Shown here: positions 12,517-25,399 of the stretch, in pieces | Layout: the number at the start of each line of letters is the position of its first letter | Position numbering within the stretch: the stretch's first letter is position 1 | Source: Callorhinchus milii | Taxonomy: Eukaryota | Direction of reading: 5' to 3' | Assembly (NCBI RefSeq): GCF_018977255.1 | Contig: NW_024704742.1 | Span: 34,412,001-34,476,000, forward strand | DNA length: 64,000 bases | The notes under the pieces: model-generated | Databases searched by the model: none | What the model was told of the DNA's origin: nothing | Seen by the model: only the letters and a program-made list of their open reading frames with translations | Translations under genes and position numbers: made by a program

Positions 12517-13305
12517 GTAAGGCCGTTCTCCCCCCCCCCCCACCACCTCCTCCTTTCTGCATTTATCAGCCTTTTTCGATGTTTATTGCACTCACGTCTC
12601 GGGCGTTGCGCCAATTCCCTATTTTATCGCATTGCTCCGTCGTCCCGTCCCCCAGAAATAAACGGGAAGTGCCTTTTTGCCATCGGCAATCGTGCAACGA
12701 CTTATCCCGAGTTGCCTCGAGGCGATGCCTCGGGATTCCGCACATCGAAGACTTTTGCATTGCTTCCGATTTCGAAATGTATTTAAGCGTTTTTAAATGT
12801 CAATCGACGAGTTACAACCATTGATATCAATGTCACCTGCGAAATGAATGCCTTGGGTGAATCCGGCCGCAATTTTCGGTTGCACGTCTCGGAAAGAATG
12901 TTTCGCGCAGTTCAATAAAAGCGACGAACTTTTTTAACATTAAAAATAACATGTGCAATGTGTGCGAACAAGTTGGGAAGTTCAGCAAAATGGTACAAAC
13001 GAGGTTCGCGTTTCCCTTTCGCTCGTCCTTGCGCAGCGCTGCACACACACACACGCACACGCACACATGCACAGGATCAGCAACAACAGACTGCTAACGA
13101 ATTAAAACGGTTTAGAAGTAAACAGATTTATTTGGAATTCATTTATTTATTTATTTATTTATTTAATCTTGGGTCGGTTACAATACCTATTTGTAAGACC
13201 CACAGAACTCCGGGGGGAAAAAAAACATATCTTCGTGCAATGGAATTTTGCAATCTTGCAGTTGTTTCTCGTTACTGGAGTTTTCCCTTTCAGGTGTGTG
13301 TTTAA

Positions 13306-13668
<363 letters not shown>

Positions 13669-13949
13669 TAAGACGGCACAATAATATATGTTACCAGGTT
13701 GTGTTTCCGCATTTACAATGAAAACTACCGTTGAGTGTTGTCCTTTGTATGGTCAGGTCCAAAATATTTGAAATCATCAGGATAAAAGGCAAACATATTT
13801 TTCAGGGACTTGTAAGGAATATGCAAACTCGTGCTTTTTCTTGCAACAGCATGCTGTTCTCACTGAGTGGAAGTGCAATCCCGATTTCACACTAAAGGTT
13901 ACAGTACTACTTGCTAAGTACAGTTTAACATTTGCTTGCCAATGCAGAA

Positions 13950-14290
13950 CGCCAGTTGTGTAAACAGCGCCTTGTCTCGGGCTATTGTGGTCTGTGTCTC
14001 AACTCACATCCCAATACACAAATGTCGTGGATTGGAGAAGCGGGAGATGTCTCTCAGCGCTGAATGTGGATTCGCCAAAGCTGTGAGAAGAGGAGATTTT
14101 TGCGTGTGGCTGACATGCTTCATTAGGATTCGCTTAGCGCCTCGTAAACCAACAACAGCTTTCCTCTTTTTTTTAAAAAAAAGTCGACTCACTTTGAAGT
14201 TAAAACGCAAACTGCATCTCGATCACTTGCGATTTACACTTCAATTCACAAAAATCGCAAATCGGCTACGGATCTTAACGAACAAGTGAA
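13950..14290. promoter_or_regulatory. Pitx2 asymmetric enhancer (ASE) candidate in the last intron
   Basis: FoxH1 motifs AATACACA 14013-14020, TGTGGATT 14065-14072 and near-match CGTGGATT 14026-14033. Several GTCT Smad cores. Nkx2-type CACTTG 14224-14229 and CAAGTG 14283-14288. Same intron as the known vertebrate ASE. Confidence 0.75.
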
Positions 14291-15478
14291 ATTACATTTG
14301 TGTGTGTGTGTGTGTATATGCGAGTCAAGCAAGTAGAGTAATGCGTGTTATCTGTAACTAATTAACTAGAAGTTGTTTGCATATAACGCACTGAAATGCA
14401 CATTTAGTTCTCGGTACACATTCTGGTAGTGTTGTTGCTTCACACAAGCTTGTGAGGTATATTTCAAGCAGCGCAATATACCTTTTCCATTGACCTTAAG
14501 TTTCTGAACGCATTAGTACATCATTCAACTGAAGGAGAATCGCATTTCACTCAGTGTAGGGTGTTATTAGTTTTCCGGTTTTCTCCTGCGGTATCTAAAT
14601 TATTAATCGGACATTGGGTCAAACCTTACTAACATTGATGCCAGATAACTCGTACAATGTGGGGGCTCGGAGCTTTGGTAGATATCAATCACAACGATCA
14701 CAAACACTCCTACTGGCATTCTCAAACTTTTAGCCCTGTTCTCTGATTTATTGAACCACCTGAAGGCATTTTTATTTAATTAAATGGTAGTATTCCTTCC
14801 ATTCGCTGCGTGGGTATTATCCGGAACGTATTATTTGACTTGCCTTTCACACGGCTATAAACAAAACCCAAAACAAATAGAACAAAATTGAATATGTCCT
14901 AACCAAATAATTGAATGCGACTGTGGACGCGCTTCGAATTTCCCTTTTGCTTCGGAATCGCAGTGTTTTTGAGAGCTGTCAGTACACTTCCAACATTACA
15001 TGACTGCTTCCTAACTATGAATCTTAAAAGAAATGTCAAGCGCTTCTCCGCATATCATGTGGAGGAGCGGCGTGTTAAAGGCATTGGTTTCTTGTGTTTA
15101 TTCTGAGCTGCACTCGTTGTTTTGAGCTGAAATATGCTATTGAAAATTAAACGTATGCCTTGTTTGGATGCATTCCTCTGTTTTCTTCTTAACCTCATCA
15201 TAGTTTTTTTTTCTCTTGTATTCATCCGTGGTAAGATATTTATATTTTATGTGGATATATATAATTTATATGTTGCGGTTCCCGTTTATGAAAAAAAACT
15301 ATACGGTCTCACCTTTGTTTGTTACCAAAACGATAGTTGTGTCTTTTCATGTGATATTAATATCACTGACATTCTGTGATTTAAATACGCAAGATGGTTT
15401 AGACTTGCGATGCCCACTGTTCATTCTGTTAAAAAAATAAAGGTTTTTCAAAACAAAATATTTCTATTCCCCCTGTAG

Positions 15479-16042
<564 letters not shown>

Positions 16043-16700
16043 GACATAAGATAAAACTCATCAGACTGATGGGCTCCAAGAAATAACTTAAAATATAATG
16101 GGCTCTACAGACAAAACCACTGAATCTGTATAGCTAAACACGACAGAATCGTCTTTCTAATTTAAGGAAAAAAAGTGCAAGTGTTATTTCCTCCCTTGAC
16201 ACCCTATTTACAAGAACTTTTCATCAGATAAAGGGACGTATGGCCGCAAAATGAAATATACTGATTATTTGACTGGATATTACCTTTAGTAACACTATAA
16301 GCTTGTTATTTTTTAAGTTCAGCGCTGTGACAATAAAGGAAATGTTTGACGGAAAGGATGTGTATATATCGAAATGTCAAAATTAATTTTATAAAAGCAA
16401 TTGTTAGTAATATCACGCCAGTGTTTTTGAAGTTACATTTAAAAAAATAAAAGCATGTCACGCGGAAGCTTGAAGGAATATTTCCGCTTAAAAGCGAGGG
16501 AATGTATATACTAACTGCAACACTTGTATGTTTCTAACAGTGTCTATTATTATTAATTATTATTATTATTAAAAGTCTGTGTGGATATCAGTTTTAAGAC
16601 TAGTACCTCGGTAGTAAGATGCAATGATGTTCCAAAAAATGTACAATTTATCCTGTGTATAAAATTTGGTACGGCATTACGAGTTTCTTTTTTTTCGTCA
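16043..16700 (+). other. PITX2: PITX2 3' UTR (3' end uncertain) with AATAAA at 16332-16337 and 16446-16451
   Basis: Follows the stop codon. AU-rich, with ATTTA motifs, TGTATATA elements and polyadenylation hexamers. Confidence 0.7.
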
Positions 16701-18237
16701 GAAGAAAAAAACGAAACAGTGTGTTTTCCTGGGTGTAGGCACTAGATCGCAAACCCATTTTGTCGAATAGCGCTGTTTCTTTTCTGCATTCAAGTCTTTA
16801 GTTGGTCTAACAAATAACTTCTTCATTGGTAGCATCCACAGAACCCCATTCTATCAGTGAAAGGCTCTCACAGAGTGTCACTAATTACTTATAGCGCGGA
16901 GTATTAACACTTCAAAACTGATAATATAGCAGTGACTTCCAAGAGGGAACACACACATATGCGTTCAACGGTAAACCAGAAACATGGCCACAATCTGTTC
17001 CAGAACACTCTTCAGATTTGTTTTACATATATTGCTGTACTATAAAATAAATCAATTCATTCCAACACGCCGTTGTATATAAACGAAAAGCAAACATAGA
17101 TTACAAGCTAATTATTGCAGTTTAGTTAAACACTGTATGGGTCATGATTGAGTAATGGTGAAAAGGCGAACACAAACAGGGTAGGATAAAACACCATCAT
17201 TCTCATAAGTATTGATCTGCGTTCAAGATGTTGAACATAAATTATATTAGATCAAGATTCGATGACATAATTTCTCTCTATTTCGAATAATTTTGCATTA
17301 GAATAGCACAGGTTCAAAGGTCGCTTTGCATCTTTCGATGACTTTATTAGGTTTATGTTACCTTATTAAAGGTCAGACAGTTTGTGTTTGGTTATTAATA
17401 ATGTTGATCTAGCATTCTCCCGTGTGAGGCCTGTTTGCACATTAATCATACAGGATTATGTCGTGTAGAAGTCCATAATGAGAGTGCAAATGAAGATAAA
17501 TTATACAGTAGTATAAAGTCACATGGCCTGACTGGAGGCTGGAACACGAAGCAAAACGGGACAATAAGCAAGATTTTATTTGTTAAATAAAGCACAACTG
17601 TTCACAACAGCAATGACACATTTCTTTTAAGTAGACTTTACTAACGTTACGCGAGAAACTGTTACGAAAAAGATAATGGCAAATGAAAGTTCCTTTTTTT
17701 TTCGCGAAAAAAAAATAAAGCTTTGTTTTAAAGTTTGCATTCAGACAGTAAACCTTTGTCCGGCCTTCGATAGGTAATTTTTTTTATATATGGTGCCACT
17801 TAAAACCAAGATCAAAGATGATTTCAGCGTTTTATGGAAGATTTTGCATTAACCTCCAAGAGCTCAGTGACATTAACTGGAGTAAAACAAAGGCACGATA
17901 GAGAGAGAGAAAGAGGGGGAAAAAAAGTAGCTTTCAGTTTTCCTCTGGCACTGTGGCAGACAGTTTTGTGGATTGGGAGTTGTTTGCTATGGAAAGCCCG
18001 AGGGGAGATTATGCAACACTTTTCAGTTCAAAAAAAAAGGAGTCAGCGGGTGTTTTATGAAGTGGCATCAAACAGACAGACAAGGCAGTTCGTTCCACAC
18101 TGCCTGGAGATCGAGTCGCCGAGCAAACGGCCGGATTGAACGTTTTGCATCTGTCTGAGAGAGCACCAGCCGCTTATTAATCATAAACAAAACTTAGGAG
18201 CCAGCAGAGCAAAATGGCAGTCAGTCAGCGGCCAGAG

Positions 18238-18710
18238 GAGAGTGAGGGAGGGAGGGAGGGAGTGAGTGAGTGAGGGAGTGAGTGAGGAAGGAAGGGAGTG
18301 AGTGAGTGAGTGAGTGAGGGAGGGAGTGAGTGAGTGAGGGAGTGAGGGAGTGAGTGAGGGAGTGAGTGAGTGAGTGAGTGAGTGAGGGAGGGAGGGAGTG
18401 AGTGAGTGAGGGAGGGAGTGAGTGAGTGAGGAAGTGAGTGAGTGAGTGAGGGAGGGAGGGAGGGAGGGAGTGAGTGAGGGAGGGAGTGAGTGAGTGAGGG
18501 AGGGAGTGAGTGAGTGAGGGAGTGAGTGAGTGAGGGAGTGAGTGAGTGAGGGAGTGAGTGAGTGAGGAAGGGAGTGAGGGAGGGAGTGAGGGAGTGAGTG
18601 AGTGAGTGAGTGAGGGTGGGAGTGAGTGAGTGAGTGAGTGAGTGAGTGAGGGAGTGAGTGAGTGAGGAAGGGAGTGAGTGAGTGAGTGAGTGAGTGAGTG
18701 AGGGAGGGGG
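18238..18710 (+). repeat. Compound (TGAG)n/(GGGA)n microsatellite
   Basis: About 470 bp of 4-nt units, essentially no C on the + strand. Confidence 0.97.
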
Positions 18711-19775
18711 CAGTGGGAGCCGCACTCTCGCCACCCAGTTCCCCGCACACTCAAGAGTGCTCCAGTGCTGCGAGGAACCAAAGGCGCGTTGAGTGCCAAA
18801 TGAGCAGTGTTTGGGGGCAAAGTGTCCGGTCTGACTGCTCCGCTGCGGCATCGGAGGGGTCTGTCTGAACTCAGCCCAAACCCACACGAATCCGATAGAG
18901 CCGCGAGAAGAAAAAAAAAAGCGCAGAAGAAGAGCCACTCGGTGTGGGGGGGGGAAAAAAAAAAAATCTATTTCTATCTTTTTTTCCCCCTTCGGCGCCA
19001 ATTCGCTTTGTGGGTCCCCATCCATCGCGCAAACGAATGCACGAGTCCGAGTGGGATTGAAGGTCGGTGTTGGGTAACTTTTTTTTTTTGCCCCCCTCTT
19101 AATTGTAATGTTGTGGATTTTAAACGGGTGGTTTGCGTTTCTCGACCCCGAGCGGTTCGAACTGTTCTCTTCTTTATTCTCCACCTTTATGTTAAATAAA
19201 AAGCGTCGCTTAATAACCGCTGCTCTTCTGCGAAGAAGATTTACGGACCGTGGCTAAAATATTTCAGGGAAGATATCACTGGATTCTTTTGTCTGCCCGC
19301 GACGAGGAATTCCAGTCCCCCCCTTCCTCCCCCCCAAAAAAAAAATTGCGCCCAATCGCTCCTTTTGAGAAGTGATCGCACAAAGTCTGCAATTCCGTAC
19401 ACAGCAACTTACCAAATTCCCACATTAAGCCCCAAAAAAAAAAATAAGTCAGCACAGCCGGATTCACCGCTGTTTCCAAGTCCCGCACCTCTTTCCGAAA
19501 CTGCGCGAACCATTACAGGTAAACATTACGAATGAACAACGGCTCCGAAAAGTCGAGATTTGTCCCGGGTTTAAAGCCCCTGTGCCGCCGCGGGGCACAG
19601 AGCTCTGATCCGGATGGGTTTTGAACGGAATGAATCCAGACATCGCCGCATCATCACTGTGTGGCAAGAACTGTGTGCGCTGTGTGCGCTGCGATCTCTG
19701 CGGCGACCCACGTATTTGACCGACTATTATGCAGCGGGTTATTTCCGCCATTCTGTTGAGCTGGAAGGGCCCCCT

Positions 19776-19992
19776 GAGGGAGGGAGGGAGGGAGAGAGGG
19801 AGGGAGGGAGGGAGGGAGGGAGAGAGTGAGTGAGTGAGTGAGGGAGGGAGGGAGGGAGGGAGGGAGGGAGGGAGTGCGTGCGTGCGTGAGTGAGTGAGTG
19901 AATGAGTGAGTGAGTGAGTGAGGGAGGGAGGAGTGAGGGAGTGAGTGAGTGAGTGAGTGAGGGAGGGAGTGAGCGAGGGAGTGAGTGAGTAG
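19776..19992 (+). repeat. Second compound (GGGA)n/(TGAG)n microsatellite
   Basis: Same units and strand as 18238-18710. Confidence 0.95.
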
Positions 19993-20140
19993 CGAGTGTC
20001 GCAAAAGGCAGTGTTTTTTTAAAAAAAGAGAGTTCCCCCCCCCTTTTCGGTGGTGAGTAAATTATCGAGGCTCGAAGGATGCTCTTCGCAAAAGGAGGCG
20101 ATCTCGGTGAGAACAAACAATGGGTGTCTGGGATCTGCTT

Positions 20141-20179
20141 CCCAATCCACATCCCCAATCCACATCCCCAATCCACATC
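20141..20179 (+). repeat. Perfect tandem repeat 3 x CCCAATCCACATC, each unit containing a FoxH1 site
   Basis: AATCCACA at 20144, 20157 and 20170 (13-bp period). Confidence 0.9.
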
Positions 20180-22675
20180 GAAGCGTTCAGTGCAATCTGC
20201 TGTGAAACACATGATCTGCTGACCAGTCCAGGCAGCGACTCGGAGAAGCTGGACCAAGAGGCTGAAACGCGGAGATCAATTGGCAGTAAGTCACCTTCGA
20301 GACAGTCTCTTTCTAGTCACTAAGAATCCAGTTCGATCCCACTGTGTTTTTTTTCGAGATGGGGAGAAACGTGAGTAAGCTCTTTTCACGGTTGTGTTGG
20401 AGAGTACAATTTTAAGTGCCGGTTGCTTTTAAGGATGTAAAAGAAACGTTTCATCTGTAGTCCCAGAAATTCAGTTAGGTTCTCCCTCCCTCCCTCCACA
20501 CACATACACACACCACACACATACACACACCAGACATTGAGCAGCTTGCTGGTTTCAGATCCATTTGTTTTCTGATCAGTGCATAGCAACAGCTTCTTTC
20601 TATAAATAAAAAAACAGAAAACGGTCGCAGGGTGCAGCAGCCCCGCTTCTCTCACAAGGCTGCATTTTCCTGGAAAAGAGAAACAGGAATGATGTGGGGG
20701 GTCGCTTATATTTGAGCACATATTTTGTAACCTTCCAGCGGCTGGGTCTCAGTTCCAACAATTATTCCTGACAACCCTTAAATGTGAATATGGGAACAAA
20801 GTGACTTCTTCAAATACAACAATCCCAGAGTCAGCTCTGCAGAGTCCCACAGTAACCAACTCCATTATACTTTCTAAACGATGCAAAGAGAAACAAGAGA
20901 AACACCAATATATTCGTGTCGAGGGGAATGATTGAATATTTTTACCAGAACCCGTGATTTTTTTTTAGTTCATTGCACGTGTACTTTCGATCAAATTGCG
21001 AGAAGAAATGATTAACGAGGAGAAGAAGTCCAGATTGCAGTCGGTAAAACAGGTCAATTTTGCAATTGGCTTCGGTTTACAGACAGTAAACCTCACGAAC
21101 CCCCCAAAAAAGGATTAGGGGCATTTGTGAACGTTATCAAATTAGGAGAATGGGATTCATGGGTTTATTTTAGACGTGGTTCGTGTAATGGCAAGAAGCG
21201 GGTTATGGGATAGTCACTCGTTCCAGTGTGAGATCTTAACCCGACCACCAGAAAATAAACATAAAAACAAAAAAAAACTCGCACTTTATTACCAACTCCC
21301 CCCCCCTCCCCCTCCCCCCCCCACACACACACACACGATGCACACAAGTATTGTAAGCGAAATGATTCACAAGCGATCACAAACAATTTGAAATGTGGGG
21401 GGAAATCCTGGATGAGTTCGATGATGATGCAAGGATTACTGTTATTGGCGGCGAAAGTTCATTCATTTCTCGGCTTGAATCTGATAAGCTGCACAATAAA
21501 CCCAATATTGTCCAATTGTTAGTACAGTTCAGAAATCCTGGCATATTTCTCTACGAACGCGGAAGCCTTCAGCACACAGATGCTCCTCGAGCAGTCGCTC
21601 ACCAGTCTGTTTGAGAAAGCATATTTTGCTTAACTTCTTGTGAACCATAGTGAGAAAAAAAGAAGGCTTTGTGTGAATCATTTCGCTTACGACGGATGTT
21701 GCAGTGCAGTTTTAACAACAACCAAAAAAAAAAAGCACTCGAGGCGCCGGTTTATTCAACTGCACGCACAGAAAAAAATGTGTTTTTTTTTGTTTCTGGA
21801 AGAGAATCTAAATGAAAGCATTTGAAGAGTGGGAACCAAAAAAAAACCATCCGGGGATTGGTACGATTGGTTTGAAAGAGCAATTGCACAGGGCCGAGGG
21901 ACGATTGCTTTTATATGGAGGAGTTGCAGCTACAGCACGTGTGGCGATGCCTGAGGACTGGGGTACGTGAAATTTCATTTCAGTAGCTTTCATATTCAAT
22001 TTCGTGAAAAAAAACGGCGGCATTGGTGGTTGGATGTCAGCACATACACACACACACACTCTCTCTCTCTCTCTCTCTCCTCCTGCCACGGTGACCTTTA
22101 AATCTCTTGCTTATTGACTCGTTTCCTCACAATTTAAAGCGAAGGGTTAAAGGCTGCAGTTTGCTAATTAACATTGACCTGGATCACAACAGACCCCTTG
22201 GGTTTCCCCGACGAGACCAAACTAGATAGGAACACAGCGCTATTATCGAATGCATCGAATGCATTTATTTTTTATATATATCTCTCTCTATATATATATA
22301 CATAGACATGGTGCAAGCATATGCTTCCACGTTGTTTAGAAGAAGAATGAAGAAAAAGAAACGAATGCTCTGCCTTTTGTTGTCTCTCTTTTGTTAAGAC
22401 ATCTGTGTGTTTGCATTGCAGGGTCGCGTCAGTCAAAAGGCGGACCGCTATATAAAACCTATGGATGCAGTCTATATATCTCCGGGTGCTTTAAAGAGAA
22501 ATATAAGATCACGAGCAACCCTTGTAAGGTTTACGCGAATGACACAGTAACATAAATATTTACATAGTCGATGCCTGTGGCGATATTTTTTTAAGCAACT
22601 TTTTTTTTTGGTGGTGGTGGTGGAGGGGGGGGGTTGCAAAATTCTCTGGAGTATGGATTTCACTCGCGTGCTGAA

Positions 22676-22708
<33 letters not shown>

Positions 22709-23044
22709 CTTCTCTCCCTCTTTTCTCTCTTTGAAATGCAACCCGCCCGGCACTGCTCGAGTTTTGCAAATGACTTGTAAAGATGGGACTGTAATTCAGC
22801 CTGCACGGATTAATAATAATGTTTGTTTTTTTAAAAATAAAAGACTTCGCGACTAGTTTTGCTTGGGATCGAAGGATATTATTCCTGCGCCCGGTTGGAG
22901 TACAGCATCAAAACAGTATGTCCTCACCACCCCTGGTTTGATGAGCTTTGGCTGCTCTGTTTAACAGCGGATCGGATTTGCGATCGAAACAATTGATATC
23001 TTTAACTTTTGAAGTGAAACATCAATACAGGTCGCATCCAATGC

Positions 23045-23386
23045 GTGTGTGTGTGTGTGTCAGTGTGTGTGTGTGTGTCAGTGTGTGTGTGTGTCAATGT
23101 GTGTGTGTGTGTGTCAGTGTGTGTATGTGTGTGTGTGTCTGTGTGTCAGTGTGTGTGTGTGTCAGTGTGTGTGTGTGTGTCAGTGTGTGTCTGTGTGTGT
23201 GTGTCAGTGTGTGTCTGTGTGTGTGTGTCAGTGTGTGTGTCAGTGTGTGTGTGTGTGTGTGTGTGTGTCAGTGTGTGTGTGTGTGTCTGTGTGTGTCAGT
23301 GTGTGTGTGTGTGTGTCAGTGTGTGTGTGTGTGTCTGTGTCTGTGTGTGTCAGTGTCTGTGTGTGTCAGTGTGTGTGTGTGTGTGA
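23045..23386 (+). repeat. Interrupted (GT)n microsatellite with CA/CT interruptions
   Basis: About 340 bp of (GT)n with 15 TGTCA interruptions counted by eye. Confidence 0.97.
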
Positions 23387-25399
23387 CAGAGTGAGAGAAA
23401 AATACACGTTACAAGTTACATTACAGAAGTTGTTATAAAACAGTGCCACGTAAACGAGGAATGATTTTTTTGGGGGTGGGGATGGGGTATGTGTTTTAAA
23501 TGTTTGCCCGATTTATCGTAACGCTGTCACTGAATGTAGCAGTCTATTTTGTGTATGACCCCCCCCCCACCACCACCACCCTTGGTCAGGATTGCTACCA
23601 GATTTAACCACACAATCATTTGGGCAGACATTGACATTTTTTTTCCCTCTCTCTTTCCACCATCCCCTCCTCCCCCCCAAAAGTAATAATAATGCAACTT
23701 ACTGTTTATTAGTGTTAACGTGGCGGGGCGGGGGGGGGGAGGGGGGGTAGGGGGGGGAGAAGGCAGAGTTATAGTGCAAAACTGACAAGTGCTGCCCCTG
23801 CCTTTGAATATCAATCACAGCGTTTTTTTTTAAAAAAAGGGAAAGAAATAGGGAGTCAGGTTTCAGCGACTGTGCTGCAGGTCACCAAACCCTGAGAGCT
23901 CGCGTGTCCCCCGCAACCAGTTGTTGCTGATCATTCCGCGTTCCTGTTTTACTGGTGATTTTTTTTCCATTTGCACCGGATTTATTTTTGTTGCTCAATT
24001 GGCACGTGAAACAAACTACCCCCACCCCACCCCACCCCACCCCCCCCACCATCCTCACCCCCCACCACCCCCACCCCATCTCGTCACAACACAGCAGTTG
24101 CAGCCACTGCATTATTTATAATTCACGCTGGTTGCAATTCGTGACCCCGGTCGAAAACACGCGGACAACGCACACGCACACGCACAGGCGAACACAACTC
24201 ACTGGAGTCATCGAAACGAATCGACCGACGTAAGTTGCAACACGAGGAGGAGGAGGAGGAGGGAATAGTTGGGGAGTTGCTGCGATTGCTCTTTTGGGTT
24301 CCACGACTCCGCTTCACGCCCTCTCGGAGACCCCCGTCAAAAGGCGCTCAGTGTCCCGCTCTGATCCGGGGGTTGGGATGGGTGGAGACGCAGTAGATGC
24401 GGGCGATCCCTTCCTGCGTTTCCACAGCTGATGACAGGTAACGGAGCTGAGTCGGGAGAGAGCGCCGAGCAGCGAGTATGTGAAATAAATCACACCAACT
24501 GCACCGCCGGGTGTTGCATTGCATTGCAAGTTGCAATGCCCCGAGTGGGTCGATCGACAGCTATTTTCTCTCTTTTTAAAAAAAAAGCCCCAAATAACTC
24601 ATGATTTTTAACAGTAATACCCCCCACCCCACCCCCCCCCCCCCATCACCCCACCTTATCCCCACAGCAGTGCACTGCATACAATTCAGGCGTCTTTGTG
24701 TAATTGACTCATTCATGAATCACTGGCGCCACTCCACCAAACCAGTCAGTTGTTTATGCAATATTTTAAAAGCGTGTTCATACTCAAGCAACCCCTTATA
24801 TATAACCTAAAACAACGTTATACAAGAAGACCCAATCCTTCTGCTCTGAGGAGGGAGGTGGGGGGGGGAGGCACAATAAAAAGAACTGCTGATGCAAGTC
24901 ACCGTGTGCAGTGTCTCACGCAAAATAGCTCGTACAGTTAGCGGAATCCAATATAATTGAAACTCTTTCAGTTCAACTGGAAGTTAGCCCAAGCTGCTGA
25001 GCTGATCATTTCTGTATCTGCAGCCTTCCTTATTCTTCTCGTACTGTCGTTTTCGCAGTACATAACTTATATTCGCCTGCAAACAGACTAGTCACTACAT
25101 TTTACAGCAAATCGTTTGACGCACGTTGACGTGTTTTAGATGACTTGATCAAGGGCTGTAGCAAATGGGAGAATTGTTATGATGTATCTGAAGTTGTTTG
25201 CCCCCCCCCCCCCCCCCCCCCCCCTCTGGCATACAAGAGCAAATGTTATATTCTCTGATGAGATTTTTGTGAGCGATAGCACCAATAACTTGTAGAAACA
25301 TCATTTTGTGCTTTGAGTCGCCTTCCCGATGTGAAAGGAGCTATATAAATAAATGCAAGTTGTATTGTATTTTATTTTATCTGGTGGACATTAACTTTG

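Noticed and set aside
18181..19184. Long minus-strand ORFs (189-319 aa) rich in SLTH/SLPP
   Set aside because: Translations of the TGAG/GGGA microsatellite, open in all three frames because the repeat lacks stops.
20141..20179. CRISPR-like or prokaryotic repeat system
   Set aside because: Units are contiguous with no spacers, and the window is vertebrate DNA with spliceosomal introns.
22948..23438. Cys/Val-rich ORFs
   Set aside because: Translations of the (GT)n repeat.
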